Positions 9,919 through 20,828 of a stretch of DNA of 64,000 bases are shown here, piece after piece. The DNA comes from Minisyncoccota bacterium (lineage in GTDB: Bacteria > Patescibacteriota > Minisyncoccia > UBA6257 > XYB1-36-10), in the NCBI GenBank assembly GCA_041651415.1, contig JBAZJH010000001.1, forward strand, positions 11,374 to 75,373. Reading direction: 5' to 3'. Both the position numbers and the translations under genes were made by a program. Positions within the stretch are counted from its first letter, which is position 1; every line of letters begins with the position of its first letter. The notes beneath the pieces were generated by a model. It was not told where the DNA came from. It worked only from the letters and a program-made list of their open reading frames with translations, and searched no databases.

Positions 9919-10422
9919 ATGGGAGATTATACGACTTTGGCTTTGGTTTTGGATAAAGAGATTGTTGGCGAAAGCGACAGCGAGGTGCATTTTTTTACGG
10001 AAAAACTGGGAAGAGTGACGGCAAGAGCGATAGGGGCGAGAAAAATTTTATCCAAGCTAGCGGCTCATCTTGAACCGAATTCCGTTTCTTTTATCAGATT
10101 AGTGGAGAAAAAAGGATTTTTAGTGACGGACGCCATAAAAGAAAAGAATCTAAATTTTTCTTTTAAAGAACTCTTAGTTTTAAAAAACGGAACAGCGGAG
10201 TTTGAGAAAGACCAATTTTTGTGGGAAAAAATAAATGAAGGGAAATTTAGCGTAAATGAGATGTTAAAACATTTCGGTTTTAATCCGAAGTTTTCCGCTT
10301 GTTCTTTTTGCGGAGAAGAAAAACCGGATTTTTTTTATTTAAAAATACACGAGTATGTCTGCGGAAGATGCGTTTTTAATTTGGGAATTTTAGGAGAAGA
10401 GATGGTAAATATAGAAAATTAA
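9919..10422 (+). CDS. recO: DNA repair protein RecO (compact)
   Basis: GESDSEVHFFTEKLG..A.GARK..SKL..HLEP; C-terminal CxxC..CxxC. Confidence 0.85.
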   Translation: MGDYTTLALVLDKEIVGESDSEVHFFTEKLGRVTARAIGARKILSKLAAHLEPNSVSFIRLVEKKGFLVTDAIKEKNLNFSFKELLVLKNGTAEFEKDQFLWEKINEGKFSVNEMLKHFGFNPKFSACSFCGEEKPDFFYLKIHEYVCGRCVFNLGILGEEMVNIEN

Positions 10423-10784
10423 GAATTTCCAATTAGCTTGTCAAACCTGCTTTATGACACTATGGCCGGAGCAAGAAGAAAAAAATCCAATTTTCCGCTT
10501 TTGTAAAAATAACATAATATTGTAATTCCATGCCTTGCGGCAGGCAGGCTTCGACAAGCTCAGGAATTAAATATTGTAGCCCTTCGACTGCGCTTCGTTC
10601 CGCTTCTCGACGCTATGGTCGGGGCAAGTAGGGAATAAAATGAATTTGGATTCTCGATCGAGTCGGGAATAACAGCGGATTGGACTTTAGTTTTGCCGAG
10701 GCGAGGCAAATAGGAACGATGGAATATAATAAGTTAAAGTTGCTTTAAAAAAGCAGGAAAATGAGGTAGAATAAGAATATAAAT

Positions 10785-12674
10785 ATGAGTTTGGAAAGCT
10801 TGGAGAAAAAACTTTATAAAAGAGAAAACGGAACAACAAAGAAAGAAAAAGGAGATTTTAAGAGAGGAAAAACGGAAAAAAGGGAATTGGGATGGAAAAA
10901 TAATCTTCCGGAAAATAGCGCTAAAGGCGGAAACTTTTTTTTAAATTGGAAAAGGAATCTGTTTTTGGCAGTTTTTTCTTTTTTTCTGATATCGTTGGCA
11001 ATCGGGGGATATTATCTCTTTCAAGCTTTTTATAGCGAAGGGATAGAGGTTCTTTTGGAAACGCCGGAAGGAGAGATTTATTTTGGCGTTCCTTTTAAAG
11101 TGGAAGCGGCGATTCACAATTCTTCGGGGAAGACTTTAGAAAATGTTTCTGTGGCGCTTTCTTTGCCGGAAGGATTTTCTTTCACGAGAGAAGAAAAAGG
11201 ACAAAAAGTGATAACGAAGACACTGGGGACGGTGGGAAATGAAAGTTTAAACAAGGAAGAATTTGAAATAGTGGCGACGGCGTCAACGGAAGGGACAAAG
11301 AGAGTAGAAGCGACTGTGTCTTATGGAATGGGCGGAGGCTCCGATTCTCGCTATGAAGAAAAAGGATATAAAGACATAAATATTGAAAATCCTTTAGTTT
11401 TTGCCGATATTAAGATTCCGGAGAAAGTTTACAGCGGAGAAAATTTTGAAATGGAAATTTCTTATCGCAATTTAATGCCAAAGCCGGCGGAAGGAGTTTC
11501 AATAGAAATTGAATATCCGAAAGAATTCAGATTCATTTCCAGCAAAGATAAAAAATCAAGCGACGGAGCGGGAAGACTATTTGAGTTTGATTCCATTCCT
11601 CAAGAAGAAGAAGGGAAAATAATCATTACGGGCAGCGTTTCCGGTCCCGATGGGTCTTTTTTCGAAGTGAAAGCGGCAGTGAAAAGAGAAATTTACGGGG
11701 AAGATTACGAGGTTTTAAAAATTTCCAAAGGATTTTCGATAAATTCATCGCCGCTTTCGCTTTTAATTTATGCCAATGACAGCGAAGATTATATTGTCAA
11801 ACCGGGAGATGTTCTAAAATATGCTTTAACTTATAAAAACGATACGGGAACAGATTTGAGAGATGTGATTATTACGGCGGAAATTTCAGGAGCGATGTTT
11901 GACGTTCCAACTTTAAATAGCGTCGGATTTTTTAATTCCATAAACAACACAATAACCTGGAATGCTTCCAATAAAAGCGAGCTTAGTTTGGTTCCGGCAG
12001 GAGGAACGGGAGAAGCGGATTTTTCCATAAGAGTCAAAGATTTTTATCCGATATACAGGTTAAGCGACAAAAATTTTGTTTTAAAGGTAAAGGGGAAAAT
12101 TGAATCGCCAACAGTGCCGGAAGGAGTGGGGGCCGACAAAACGACAGCGATGGCGGAAAACCAGGTGAAAGTGAGAGGGAAAATCGGCGTGGAATCGAAA
12201 GTTTTATTAAGGGATTCGATGAGCGGAGTGGTAAACGAGGGGGCTTGGCCGCCGAAAGTGGACGAAGGAACGGAATTTACAGTGCATTGGATTTTGACCA
12301 ATTACGCGACTGACGTGAAAGATGTTTCAATTAAATCGTTTTTAAATCCGGGAGTGAAATGGAAAGGCAACATAAAAGGAAACGCGACAACATTGCCGGA
12401 ATATAATGAAAGGACGCAGGAAATTGTTTGGAATGTGGGAGATGTGGCGGCGACAAAAGGCGTGATAGGAAGCCCGATTGAGGCGGTTTTCCAAATTGAA
12501 GCGACGCCGTCTATTTTATCTCTTCAAAATTATGTGCCGCTAGTTGGAAAAACAGAAGCGGAAGCGGAAGACGGTTTTACGGGGATTTCCTTGACGGCGG
12601 AAGACGAAGGGGCTACAACAAGATTGGCGGATGACCCGATGATAAAAGAAGGGGAAGGGAGAGTGATAAAATAA
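10785..12674 (+). CDS. Membrane-anchored protein with Ig-like/DUF11-type beta domains
   Basis: One N-terminal TM; repeated 'PG....Y.ltYkN' beta-sandwich motifs. Confidence 0.7.
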   Translation: MSLESLEKKLYKRENGTTKKEKGDFKRGKTEKRELGWKNNLPENSAKGGNFFLNWKRNLFLAVFSFFLISLAIGGYYLFQAFYSEGIEVLLETPEGEIYFGVPFKVEAAIHNSSGKTLENVSVALSLPEGFSFTREEKGQKVITKTLGTVGNESLNKEEFEIVATASTEGTKRVEATVSYGMGGGSDSRYEEKGYKDINIENPLVFADIKIPEKVYSGENFEMEISYRNLMPKPAEGVSIEIEYPKEFRFISSKDKKSSDGAGRLFEFDSIPQEEEGKIIITGSVSGPDGSFFEVKAAVKREIYGEDYEVLKISKGFSINSSPLSLLIYANDSEDYIVKPGDVLKYALTYKNDTGTDLRDVIITAEISGAMFDVPTLNSVGFFNSINNTITWNASNKSELSLVPAGGTGEADFSIRVKDFYPIYRLSDKNFVLKVKGKIESPTVPEGVGADKTTAMAENQVKVRGKIGVESKVLLRDSMSGVVNEGAWPPKVDEGTEFTVHWILTNYATDVKDVSIKSFLNPGVKWKGNIKGNATTLPEYNERTQEIVWNVGDVAATKGVIGSPIEAVFQIEATPSILSLQNYVPLVGKTEAEAEDGFTGISLTAEDEGATTRLADDPMIKEGEGRVIK

Positions 12675-12699
12675 AGAGTTAAAAGTTTATAAAGTAAAA

Positions 12700-14052
12700 A
12701 TGATAAAAGAAAAAAAACAGGAAAGCGAAAATAAGATGGAGAAGATAACGGCTTTGGCAAAAAAGCGGGGATTTGTTTTTGCGGGGTCGGAAATCTACGG
12801 AGGAATGGCAAATTCCTGGGATTACGGACCGCTGGGGGTAGAGCTTAAAAACAATATCAAAGCGAGATGGTGGAATAAGTTCGTGAGAAGAAGGGCGGAT
12901 ATGGTTGGCATTGAGACGGCGCTAATTATGAACACGAAAGTTTGGGAGGCGTCGGGGCATTTGAGAGAATTTTCAGACCCGCTCGTTGATTGCAAGGATT
13001 GCAAGGAAAGATTCAGAGCGGATGAAATGGAAGGAAAATGTCCGGCTTGCGGAAGCAAAAATCATACGGAAGCGAGAAATTTCAATTTAATGTTTAAGAC
13101 ATTTATCGGGCCGGTTGATGATGGAACTAACACGGCGTATTTCAGGCCGGAGACGGCGCAGGGAATGTTTGTTAATTTTAAAAATATATCCGAAACCACA
13201 AGAAAAAAAATTCCTTTCGGGATAGCGCAAATCGGCAAGGCATTCAGAAACGAGATAACGCCGGGCAATTTTATTTTTCGGACGCGCGAATTCGAGCAAA
13301 TGGAAATTGAATATTTTATAGACAAACCGAAAACAAAAGCAAATTGGGAAAAGTTTTTTGAAATGTGGAGAAAGGAGATGATTGATTGGATGGAAGAACT
13401 CGGCGTAAACACAAAAGAAGAAATTACGGAGTTTGAAGTGCCGAAAGAGGAGAGAGCGCATTATTCGGAAAGAACGATTGATTTTATGTATAAATTTCCG
13501 TTTGGCGAAAAAGAGCTTTATGGGCTGGCTTATCGGACGGATTTTGATTTAAGAAATCATTCCGAGGCGAGCGGAGAAGATTTATCTTATCGAGACGAGA
13601 AAGAAAACAAGTTTATTCCGCATGTGATTGAACCGACTTTTGGGGTGGAACGTTCGGTGCTCGCGGCATTGTGTTCGGCTTATACGGAAGAATTGGCGAA
13701 GACGGCGGATGAAGGAGTGGAAACAAGAGTGGTGCTGAAATTTCCGAAGTGGCTTGCGCCGATTAAAGCGGCGGTTTTGCCTTTATCAAAAAAAGAAGAA
13801 TTGGCAGAGCCGGCGAGAAAAGTTTATGAAGGATTACTGGAAGTGGGGATTGCGGCGGAATATGACGAGACGCAGAGTATCGGCAAACGTTATCGTCGGC
13901 AAGATGAAATCGGAACGCCATATTGCATTACTTTTGATTTTGAAAGCTTAAAAGACAAGGCGGTGACGGCGCGGGACAGAGACACAATGAAGCAGGAGAG
14001 GGTAGAGATAAAAAAGTTGGTGGAATATTTGAAAGATAAGTTGGAGGAGTAA
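12700..14052 (+). CDS. glyQS: Glycine--tRNA ligase (alpha2 type)
   Basis: WDYGPLG, YFRPETAQG, FRNEITP, REFEQMEIE, SIGKRYRRQDEIGTP. Confidence 0.97.
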   Translation: MIKEKKQESENKMEKITALAKKRGFVFAGSEIYGGMANSWDYGPLGVELKNNIKARWWNKFVRRRADMVGIETALIMNTKVWEASGHLREFSDPLVDCKDCKERFRADEMEGKCPACGSKNHTEARNFNLMFKTFIGPVDDGTNTAYFRPETAQGMFVNFKNISETTRKKIPFGIAQIGKAFRNEITPGNFIFRTREFEQMEIEYFIDKPKTKANWEKFFEMWRKEMIDWMEELGVNTKEEITEFEVPKEERAHYSERTIDFMYKFPFGEKELYGLAYRTDFDLRNHSEASGEDLSYRDEKENKFIPHVIEPTFGVERSVLAALCSAYTEELAKTADEGVETRVVLKFPKWLAPIKAAVLPLSKKEELAEPARKVYEGLLEVGIAAEYDETQSIGKRYRRQDEIGTPYCITFDFESLKDKAVTARDRDTMKQERVEIKKLVEYLKDKLEE

Positions 14053-14079
14053 GTAGTCATAAATGTATTTTAGAATAAG

Positions 14080-14285
14080 CCAAAAACAATCCTTCAAAAC
14101 AGGGCTAATCACCAATCGTTTTTCAGGAATGTTTTTGGTGAAAAAAGAGCATAAACAATCTCTCAAAATGGGGCTAATCGCCAGCCCGCCAAAGGCGGAT
14201 AAATTTTCTTCGAGAATGTTTATGCTCTTTAATATTTAAAAAGGGAGAGGAAGGGTGATAATAATGTATTTTACTTCGTAAAAGT
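14080..14285. repeat. Dispersed hairpin element, copies 2 and 3 (tandem)
   Basis: ccaaaaacaatccttcaaaacAGGGCTAATCACCA..aggaatgtttttgg and aaagagcataaacaatctctcaaaatGGGGCTAATCGCCA..gagaatgtttatgctcttt; then gggagaggaaggGTGATA. Confidence 0.85.
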
Positions 14286-14421
14286 TTTTTTAAAAAAAGA
14301 GAAAGAGGCGTAACAGAGATAATATTAAGAAGGGTTTTGGGGTTGCGAGAAAAATAGTTTTATAGTATGGTTTGAAACAGATTCAGATTTGAAAATTGAA
14401 TAAAGAAAAAGGAGAGAAGAG

Positions 14422-15060
14422 ATGTTTAAAACTCTTAGCGTGCCAGAAGAGGAGCTGATTTCTTCCGCAATTGGGTATTTTAGCCTTGAAGTTATGGATT
14501 CAGGACATCTTTATAAATTTTTTTTCCCGAGACATATTGAACTTGTAGGGAAAATGGCGGAAAAAATTCTTTATGAGGGGAAAGAATATGGTTATTTTAA
14601 AAATGTTAATGAATTTTATTTAAGATTAGCAGTTGCTTTACATGATATTGGGCATGTAAAGAATGACAGAGGGTATGAAGATCATGCTGTTGCGTCCGAA
14701 TATGCAGCGAGGAAGTTTTTAGAGAGAAAATGGGATGTTGATATTGATAGTGGAGATATTAATAAAGTGTGTCAGGCGATTCGTTCTCATCGGAACAGCG
14801 ATGTTAAACCGCAAACGGATGAAGCGAGGATACTTGTGGCGGCAGATTCGGCAAGTCATCTAGTGGATGTTTGCTATGTGGATATGCTTCAAAGGTTTAG
14901 CTTAAGAGAAATAAAGGAAAAATTGGAAAGAGATTTGCTGGATTTGGAAGTTGTCCGAAGGGAGATAACAGGAACTTCTTTTTGGCGGCAATTAATAGGA
15001 CTTGGAGAAAGTTGGGGCAAGATACTAGACAACTGGCCGGAATTTCTTCTGGAAGGATGA
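14422..15060 (+). CDS. HD-domain phosphohydrolase
   Basis: RH..LHDIGH..EDH..H..AD HD-superfamily residues; AAGGAG SD, own promoter and terminator (15077-15101). Confidence 0.85.
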   Translation: MFKTLSVPEEELISSAIGYFSLEVMDSGHLYKFFFPRHIELVGKMAEKILYEGKEYGYFKNVNEFYLRLAVALHDIGHVKNDRGYEDHAVASEYAARKFLERKWDVDIDSGDINKVCQAIRSHRNSDVKPQTDEARILVAADSASHLVDVCYVDMLQRFSLREIKEKLERDLLDLEVVRREITGTSFWRQLIGLGESWGKILDNWPEFLLEG

Positions 15061-15267
15061 TTTTTAAAAGAATTTTAAAGCTCGCTTTTATGGCGAGCTT
15101 TGTTTTTTTAAAAAATAAAAGTTATAATTTGAGAAATTAAAAAAGCAAAGGAAACTCCGACGCGTCGAAAACGGTCGGAGTGAAGTTAGAAATTTTATTA
15201 GAGTGATCCCGACGTAAAGTCGGGATGCTCAAATTTTTAGATAAATTAAAATTTATAAAAATTTGGC

Positions 15268-16539
15268 ATGTATAAAAGAATTGTTTTAGATAACGGGCTT
15301 AGGATAATTTTAGCGCCGAAGGCGGAAAGCCAAGCGGTGACGGTTCTCGTATTAGTGGAAGCGGGAAGCAAATATGAAACAAAAGAAATAAACGGACTGT
15401 CGCATTTTTTGGAACATATGTGTTTTAAAGGAACAGAGAAGCGGCCGAAAGCAATTGATATATCCCAAGAGCTTGACGCGATTGGGGCGGAATATAACGC
15501 TTTTACCGGACAGGAATATACCGGATATTACGCCAAGGTGGAAAAAAAGCACGTGGAGAAAATCTTGGAAGTGGTGTCGGATATCTATTTAAATTCCACT
15601 TTTCCGGAAAAAGAAATAGAAAAGGAAAGAGGAGTGATAATTGAGGAAATAAACATGTATGAAGATTTACCAATGAGAAGAGTGGGGGAACTTTTTACAA
15701 CTTTGCTTTATGGCGACCAGCCGGCCGGCTGGGACATTGCCGGAAGAAAAGAAGTGATAAAAGTTTTAAAGCGGGATGATTTTATCAATTATCGGGAAAA
15801 ACATTACGTGGCAAAAGGGACAGCAGTCATAATTGCCGGCAACTTCAACGAGGAGGAAATCGTTTCAAGAGTAAAAGAAAAGTTTTCTTCCGTATCTTTA
15901 GATAAAAAAGGAGGAAAAGAAAAAACAACAGAGGAACAAAAGGAACCAAAGGCAATGGTTTATAATAAGAAATCAGACCAGACTCATTTGATAGTCGGGG
16001 TGAGAGCTTTTTCTATTTTTGACGAGAGACGAAAGGCGCTCTCGGTAATTTCAGAAGTTCTGGGAGGAGGGATGAGTTCGCGGCTTTTTCAAAAAGTGAG
16101 AGATGAGCTGGGAGCGGCTTATTATGTGAGAGCGGAAGCGGATTTGTTCACCGACCACGGATATTTTGGAGTGGCGGCGGGAATTGACAATAAAAGAATA
16201 AAGGAAGTAACGGAGGCGATTTTGGGAGAATTTAGAAAACTAAAAGAAGAGGAAGTGCCGGAAACGGAATTGAATAAAGTAAGAGACAGAATTTCCGGAA
16301 AGCAGGCGATTTCTCTTGAAACTTCAGATGATTTGGCGGAATTTTTCGGAATTCAGGAAGTTTTACAAAAGGAAATAGAAACACCGGAGGAGATGGTGGA
16401 GGAAATAAGAAAAGTGGGGCAAAAAGAAATAAAGGAATTAGCCAATGAAATTTTTAAAGAGGAAAATTTGAACATGGCGCTGATCGGGCCATTTGAAAAA
16501 GATTTTGAAGAAGAAATAAAAGGAGTGTTAAAATTATAA
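15268..16539 (+). CDS. M16 family zinc peptidase
   Basis: HFLEH (HxxEH), NAFT, GGGMSSRLF. Confidence 0.95.
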   Translation: MYKRIVLDNGLRIILAPKAESQAVTVLVLVEAGSKYETKEINGLSHFLEHMCFKGTEKRPKAIDISQELDAIGAEYNAFTGQEYTGYYAKVEKKHVEKILEVVSDIYLNSTFPEKEIEKERGVIIEEINMYEDLPMRRVGELFTTLLYGDQPAGWDIAGRKEVIKVLKRDDFINYREKHYVAKGTAVIIAGNFNEEEIVSRVKEKFSSVSLDKKGGKEKTTEEQKEPKAMVYNKKSDQTHLIVGVRAFSIFDERRKALSVISEVLGGGMSSRLFQKVRDELGAAYYVRAEADLFTDHGYFGVAAGIDNKRIKEVTEAILGEFRKLKEEEVPETELNKVRDRISGKQAISLETSDDLAEFFGIQEVLQKEIETPEEMVEEIRKVGQKEIKELANEIFKEENLNMALIGPFEKDFEEEIKGVLKL

Positions 16540-16703
16540 AAGAAGAGAAAAAGCAGACCGCTCGCTGGCGCTCTTAAAAGTTGTTGCTGACTGCCAGTAA
16601 AAATTTTTTAGAAAAAGAAAAATAGATTATAATTTAGAGAAGAACGAGAGAAGGCGGAAAGGAATAAAGTTAAAGGAAAAGTTGTATAAAATAAAAAGGA
16701 ATA

Positions 16704-17738
16704 ATGGAAAGAATATTACATGAAATAAGCTGGGGAAGCTTGTGGAAGGTTCTGGTGATTTTAGCCGTGGGAGCGGCCATTTTTGCGGTTAGAGACGTTT
16801 TGGTGAATATTTTTCTAGCGCTGGTTATTTCAACCGGTTTAAATCCTTTTGTGGATTTTTTTGAAGGCAAGGGAGTGCCGAGAATTTTAGGAGCGCTTTT
16901 CGTTTATATAATAATTTTTGTTTTTGTGGGACTGGTAATTTATGCGGTCTTGCCAATCGCTTATCTTGAGCTTGGCGGTTTAACGACGAATGTGATGGAT
17001 TTAACCGGAAATGTTTTTAATAATGTGGCTACTTCGGGAGATATTGTTTCAAATCTAAGCGATAAATTTGCGGAGATAGGAAAAAATTTTTTGCCGAGCG
17101 AGTTTTCGCTTTTGGGAGTTTTGTCGAGTTTATTCGGAGGAATTTCTTTTGTGGTGACGGCAATTATTATTTCTTTTTATCTTTCAGTAAGCCGAGACGG
17201 AGCGGAGTGGTTTTTACGGGCAATTATGCCGGAAAAATATGAGGATAGAATGGTTAATATTTTTCGCCGAGCAAAAAAAAGAATCGGGTTTTGGCTCCAA
17301 ACACAGGTGCTTTTAAGCATAGTGGTGGGAGTCCTGTGCTTTTTAGGATTATGGTTTATCGGAGTGAGACATGCTTTTATCTTGGGATTGACGGCGGGAG
17401 TTTTTGAAATCGTGCCGTTTGTCGGTCCGGTTTTTGCCGGCGGTATGGCAGTTTTGGTGGCGCTTTCCGATTCCTACATTTTAGCGGTTTATGCTTTGAT
17501 TGTTTTTCTGGTTATTCAGCAAGTAGAAAGTAATGTCTTGATTCCTTTATTTATGAAGAGAAGCGTGGGAATACATCCGGTCGTGGTGCTCGCGGCATTT
17601 ATGATCGGTTTAAAGCTTTTGGGATTTATAGGAATAATACTCGCGGTGCCGACGGCGGTTATTTTGCAGGAAGCGCTTGACGATTGGATTTCCGTTAAAG
17701 ACCACAGGAAAGCAATGAGGAGTGATTTGTTTTCTTAA
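16704..17738 (+). CDS. AI-2E family transporter
   Basis: Multi-TM; IVPFVGP, QQVESNVLIP, HPVVV, ILAVP. Confidence 0.92.
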   Translation: MERILHEISWGSLWKVLVILAVGAAIFAVRDVLVNIFLALVISTGLNPFVDFFEGKGVPRILGALFVYIIIFVFVGLVIYAVLPIAYLELGGLTTNVMDLTGNVFNNVATSGDIVSNLSDKFAEIGKNFLPSEFSLLGVLSSLFGGISFVVTAIIISFYLSVSRDGAEWFLRAIMPEKYEDRMVNIFRRAKKRIGFWLQTQVLLSIVVGVLCFLGLWFIGVRHAFILGLTAGVFEIVPFVGPVFAGGMAVLVALSDSYILAVYALIVFLVIQQVESNVLIPLFMKRSVGIHPVVVLAAFMIGLKLLGFIGIILAVPTAVILQEALDDWISVKDHRKAMRSDLFS

Positions 17739-17787
17739 ATTATTTTTTTACTTTTGATTTTTGAGAGTGTTTTTTAGTAAGAAAGCA

Positions 17788-17930
17788 AAACAAAAATAGC
17801 TTTGAAAAACAGGGCTAATCGCCATCATTTTTCAAAGCTATTTTTGTTTCAGTTTAAACTTTTTAATTTAATAATTTAAGAAAAGGTGAGGAGAGGTGAT
17901 TGATGTAGCTCCGACTTTATGTCGGAGCTT
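17788..17930. repeat. Dispersed hairpin element, copy 4
   Basis: aaacaaaaatagctttgaaaaa-cAGGGCTAATCGCCA-tca-tttttcaaagctatttttgttt; then ggtgaggagagGTGATT. Confidence 0.85.
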
Positions 17931-17995
17931 TTAAAATTAGGGCTTTTCAATTTAAATTTGGCAAAAGGAAGTTTTTTGAGTATGATGGATTTATT

Positions 17996-19435
17996 ATGGA
18001 AGAAAAGAAAAGGGTTTTTATATCAACAGCGATTCCTTATGTAAATGCCAAGCCGCATATCGGTTTTGCTTTGGAACTTGTTCAAGCCGATACTTATGCG
18101 AGATTTAAGAGGAGCGAAGGGGCGGATGTTTTCTTTTTAACGGGAACGGATGAAAACAGCTTAAAAAATGTGCAGGCGGCGGAGGAAGCGGGAAAAGAAA
18201 CTTCTGTTTTTGTGGAAAAAAATGCCAAGTTTTTTGAAAAATTGGTGCAAGATTTGAGTATATCCAATGACGATTTTATAAGAACTTCGGTGGAGGAAAG
18301 GCATAAAAGGGGAGCGGAGAAATTATGGAAAGCGTGCCAGCATGATATTTATAAAAAAAAATATAAAGGTTTTTATTGCGTGGGATGCGAGGAATTTAAA
18401 ACAGAAAAAGATTTGAACGAGAAGGGCAGGTGCCCGGAACATCCAAATAAAGACATAGAAATAGTGGAGGAAGAGAATTATTTTTTTAAACTTTCCAATT
18501 ATCAGGAAAAATTAAAGGAAGCAATAGAGACAGGGAAAATTCAGATAATTCCGGAAAAAAGAAAAAACGAAATGCTTTCTTTTATTAAAACAGGATTGGA
18601 AGATTTCAGCATTTCAAGAAGCAAAGAAAGGGCTAAGGGATGGGGGATTTCTGTTCCGAAAGATGAAAACCAAGTGATGTATGTTTGGTTTGATGCTTTA
18701 ACTAATTACATAACGGCTTTAGATTATGCCAATAAAGGGGAAAAATTCAAAGAGTATTGGGAAGGGGCGGAAGAAATAATTCATATAATCGGAAAAGGAA
18801 TAAACAGATTCCATACGATTTATTGGCCGGCAGTGCTATTATCGGCAGGGGAAAGAATGCCAAATAAAGTTTTTGCGCATGGGTATGTGACGGCAGGAGG
18901 GCAAAAGATGTCAAAGTCGCTCGGAAATGTTATTGACCCGTTTTCTTTAATAGAAAAATATGGAGCGGAGGCGGTTCGTTATTATCTGCTTAGAGAAATA
19001 CCGGCTTATGAAGACGGCGATTTTTCCATTGAAAAATTTGAAGCGAGATATAACGGAGATTTGGCAAACGGATTGGGAAATTTTGCTTCCCGAGTGTTGA
19101 AACTTTATTCCGAATACGGAGGAGAAGAAACAGAAGCGCTGGTTGATTTAGAAAAAGTTGAAGAGATAAAAGAAAAAATAGGAGAATTCAAGTTTAACGA
19201 GGCGATAGCTCTAATTTTTGAAATGATAACGGTGGGTGATAAATATTTTAATGAAAAGAAGCCGTGGGAAACTAAAGACGAGTCAATAATAGGAGATACC
19301 GTTGGTTTACTTAAAAAAGTGGCGGAACTTTTAATCCCATTTTTGCCGGGGACGGCAGAAAAGATTTTGGGGAAGATAAAGAATAAAGAAGCAATAAAAG
19401 AACCGTTGTTTCCGAGATTGGAAAAATTTAAATAG
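17996..19435 (+). CDS. metG: Methionine--tRNA ligase (short form)
   Basis: HIGF, GTDE, YVWFDAL, KMSKS. Confidence 0.97.
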   Translation: MEEKKRVFISTAIPYVNAKPHIGFALELVQADTYARFKRSEGADVFFLTGTDENSLKNVQAAEEAGKETSVFVEKNAKFFEKLVQDLSISNDDFIRTSVEERHKRGAEKLWKACQHDIYKKKYKGFYCVGCEEFKTEKDLNEKGRCPEHPNKDIEIVEEENYFFKLSNYQEKLKEAIETGKIQIIPEKRKNEMLSFIKTGLEDFSISRSKERAKGWGISVPKDENQVMYVWFDALTNYITALDYANKGEKFKEYWEGAEEIIHIIGKGINRFHTIYWPAVLLSAGERMPNKVFAHGYVTAGGQKMSKSLGNVIDPFSLIEKYGAEAVRYYLLREIPAYEDGDFSIEKFEARYNGDLANGLGNFASRVLKLYSEYGGEETEALVDLEKVEEIKEKIGEFKFNEAIALIFEMITVGDKYFNEKKPWETKDESIIGDTVGLLKKVAELLIPFLPGTAEKILGKIKNKEAIKEPLFPRLEKFK

Positions 19436-19463
19436 ATTCCCGCCTTCGCGGGAATGACAAGAA

Positions 19464-20276
19464 ATGAAGAACTTTAAATTGATTGATTGCCATGCGCATG
19501 TAAATTCGGAATTTTCTAAGGAAAATTATCCTGAAGTTTTGAGGCGGGCGCTTGAGACGGGAATAGCGGTAGTAAATGTGGGAACCAATAAAAAAGATTC
19601 GGAAGAAAATGTAAAAATAGCGGAAAGCTTTAAGGAGGGAGTTTTTGCGACTGTCGGAATGCATCCGACCGAAGAAGAAAAAATAAACTATGATTTTTTT
19701 AGAAAACTAGCGGAGAATAAAAAAGTGGTGGCGGTCGGAGAATGCGGACTTGATTATTTCAGAGTCAAGGACGATGAATTCAAAATTAGAGAAATTGAAA
19801 GACAAAAAGATTTATTTAAAGAACAAATAAAATTAGCAAAAGAAGTTGGAAAGCCGCTAATGCTTCATTTGCGGACGGCGGAAGCATATCGCGATGCTCT
19901 GGAAATCCTTCGACAAGCTCAGGATTTAAAGATGCCGAAGATAATCTTTCATTTTTATTCGGGCGGAGAGGAGTTTTTAGAAAGAGCTTTGAAGTTAGAC
20001 GCTTATTTTACTTTCGGGGGAACTTTAACTTTTAAAATGAAAGGGGGAGAAAAAAATGAATATGAAGAAGTTATAAAAAAAGTTCCCAAAGACAGAATTC
20101 TACTCGAAACAGACGCGCCATTTGTGGCGCCGGAGCCGAATCGAGGAAAAAGAAACGAGCCGATAATGATTGTGGAGACGGCAAAGAAGGCGGCGGAAAT
20201 TTTAGAAATGGAATTGGAAGAGTTTTTAGAGATAGAAAAGAAAAATGCGGAAAATGTTTTTGGGGTAAAATTATAA
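19464..20276 (+). CDS. tatD: TatD family hydrolase
   Basis: DCHAH, GMHP, GECGLDY, LETDAP. Confidence 0.93.
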   Translation: MKNFKLIDCHAHVNSEFSKENYPEVLRRALETGIAVVNVGTNKKDSEENVKIAESFKEGVFATVGMHPTEEEKINYDFFRKLAENKKVVAVGECGLDYFRVKDDEFKIREIERQKDLFKEQIKLAKEVGKPLMLHLRTAEAYRDALEILRQAQDLKMPKIIFHFYSGGEEFLERALKLDAYFTFGGTLTFKMKGGEKNEYEEVIKKVPKDRILLETDAPFVAPEPNRGKRNEPIMIVETAKKAAEILEMELEEFLEIEKKNAENVFGVKL

Positions 20277-20293
20277 TTAGTTAAGATTGCTTT

Positions 20294-20453
20294 AAAAGAA
20301 TAGTAGCTAAAAAAACAGGGCTAATCGCCATTCCGCCAAAGGCGGACAGGCATTTTTTTAGCTACTATTCTTTTTTTCAGAATTGTCGGAAGTTCTTATA
20401 ATTTTTCAGTGAGGAGATAGAGTGATAATAAGGTAATTGCCTAGTCGGCAATT
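20294..20453. repeat. Dispersed hairpin element, copy 5
   Basis: aaaagaatagtagctaaaaaaa..AGGGCTAATCGCCA..tttttttagctactattctttt; then gtgaggagatagaGTGATAATAAGGTAA. Confidence 0.85.
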
Positions 20454-20554
20454 TTTATTAGAAAATAGTTTTTGGATAAATTTATAAAAAGAAAAAAATA
20501 GTAAAACTGACAGAACATAGTTTTAGGAGAGGGGGTAAAGGCGAGAATGTCACA

Positions 20555-20714
20555 AAGAGCTACCGGCAAATCTTCGAAAAAAGGGCTAATCGCCAACCTA
20601 CCTATCGGCAGGCAGGAATTTTCTCAGAATTGCCGGTAGCTCTTGTTTTTTGTTCTGAATCTTAACTTTTTAGAGGGGGTGAAGGTGATAATGAGGTAGT
20701 TTTCTGCGAAAACT
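20555..20714. repeat. Dispersed hairpin element, copy 6
   Basis: aagagctaccggcaaatcttcgaaaa..AGGGCTAATCGCCA..ttttctcagaattgccggtagctctt; then gagggggtgaagGTGATAATGAGGTAG. Confidence 0.85.
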
Positions 20715-20828
20715 TATGTTTTTGAAGAGAAAACATGGTTAAAATAGGAGGTGTTTTTTGAATGTTTTTTAATGGTTAAAAAATAAGTATTTTAAAAAAA
20801 CCGCTTATTTAAGCGGTTTTTTGGCTGT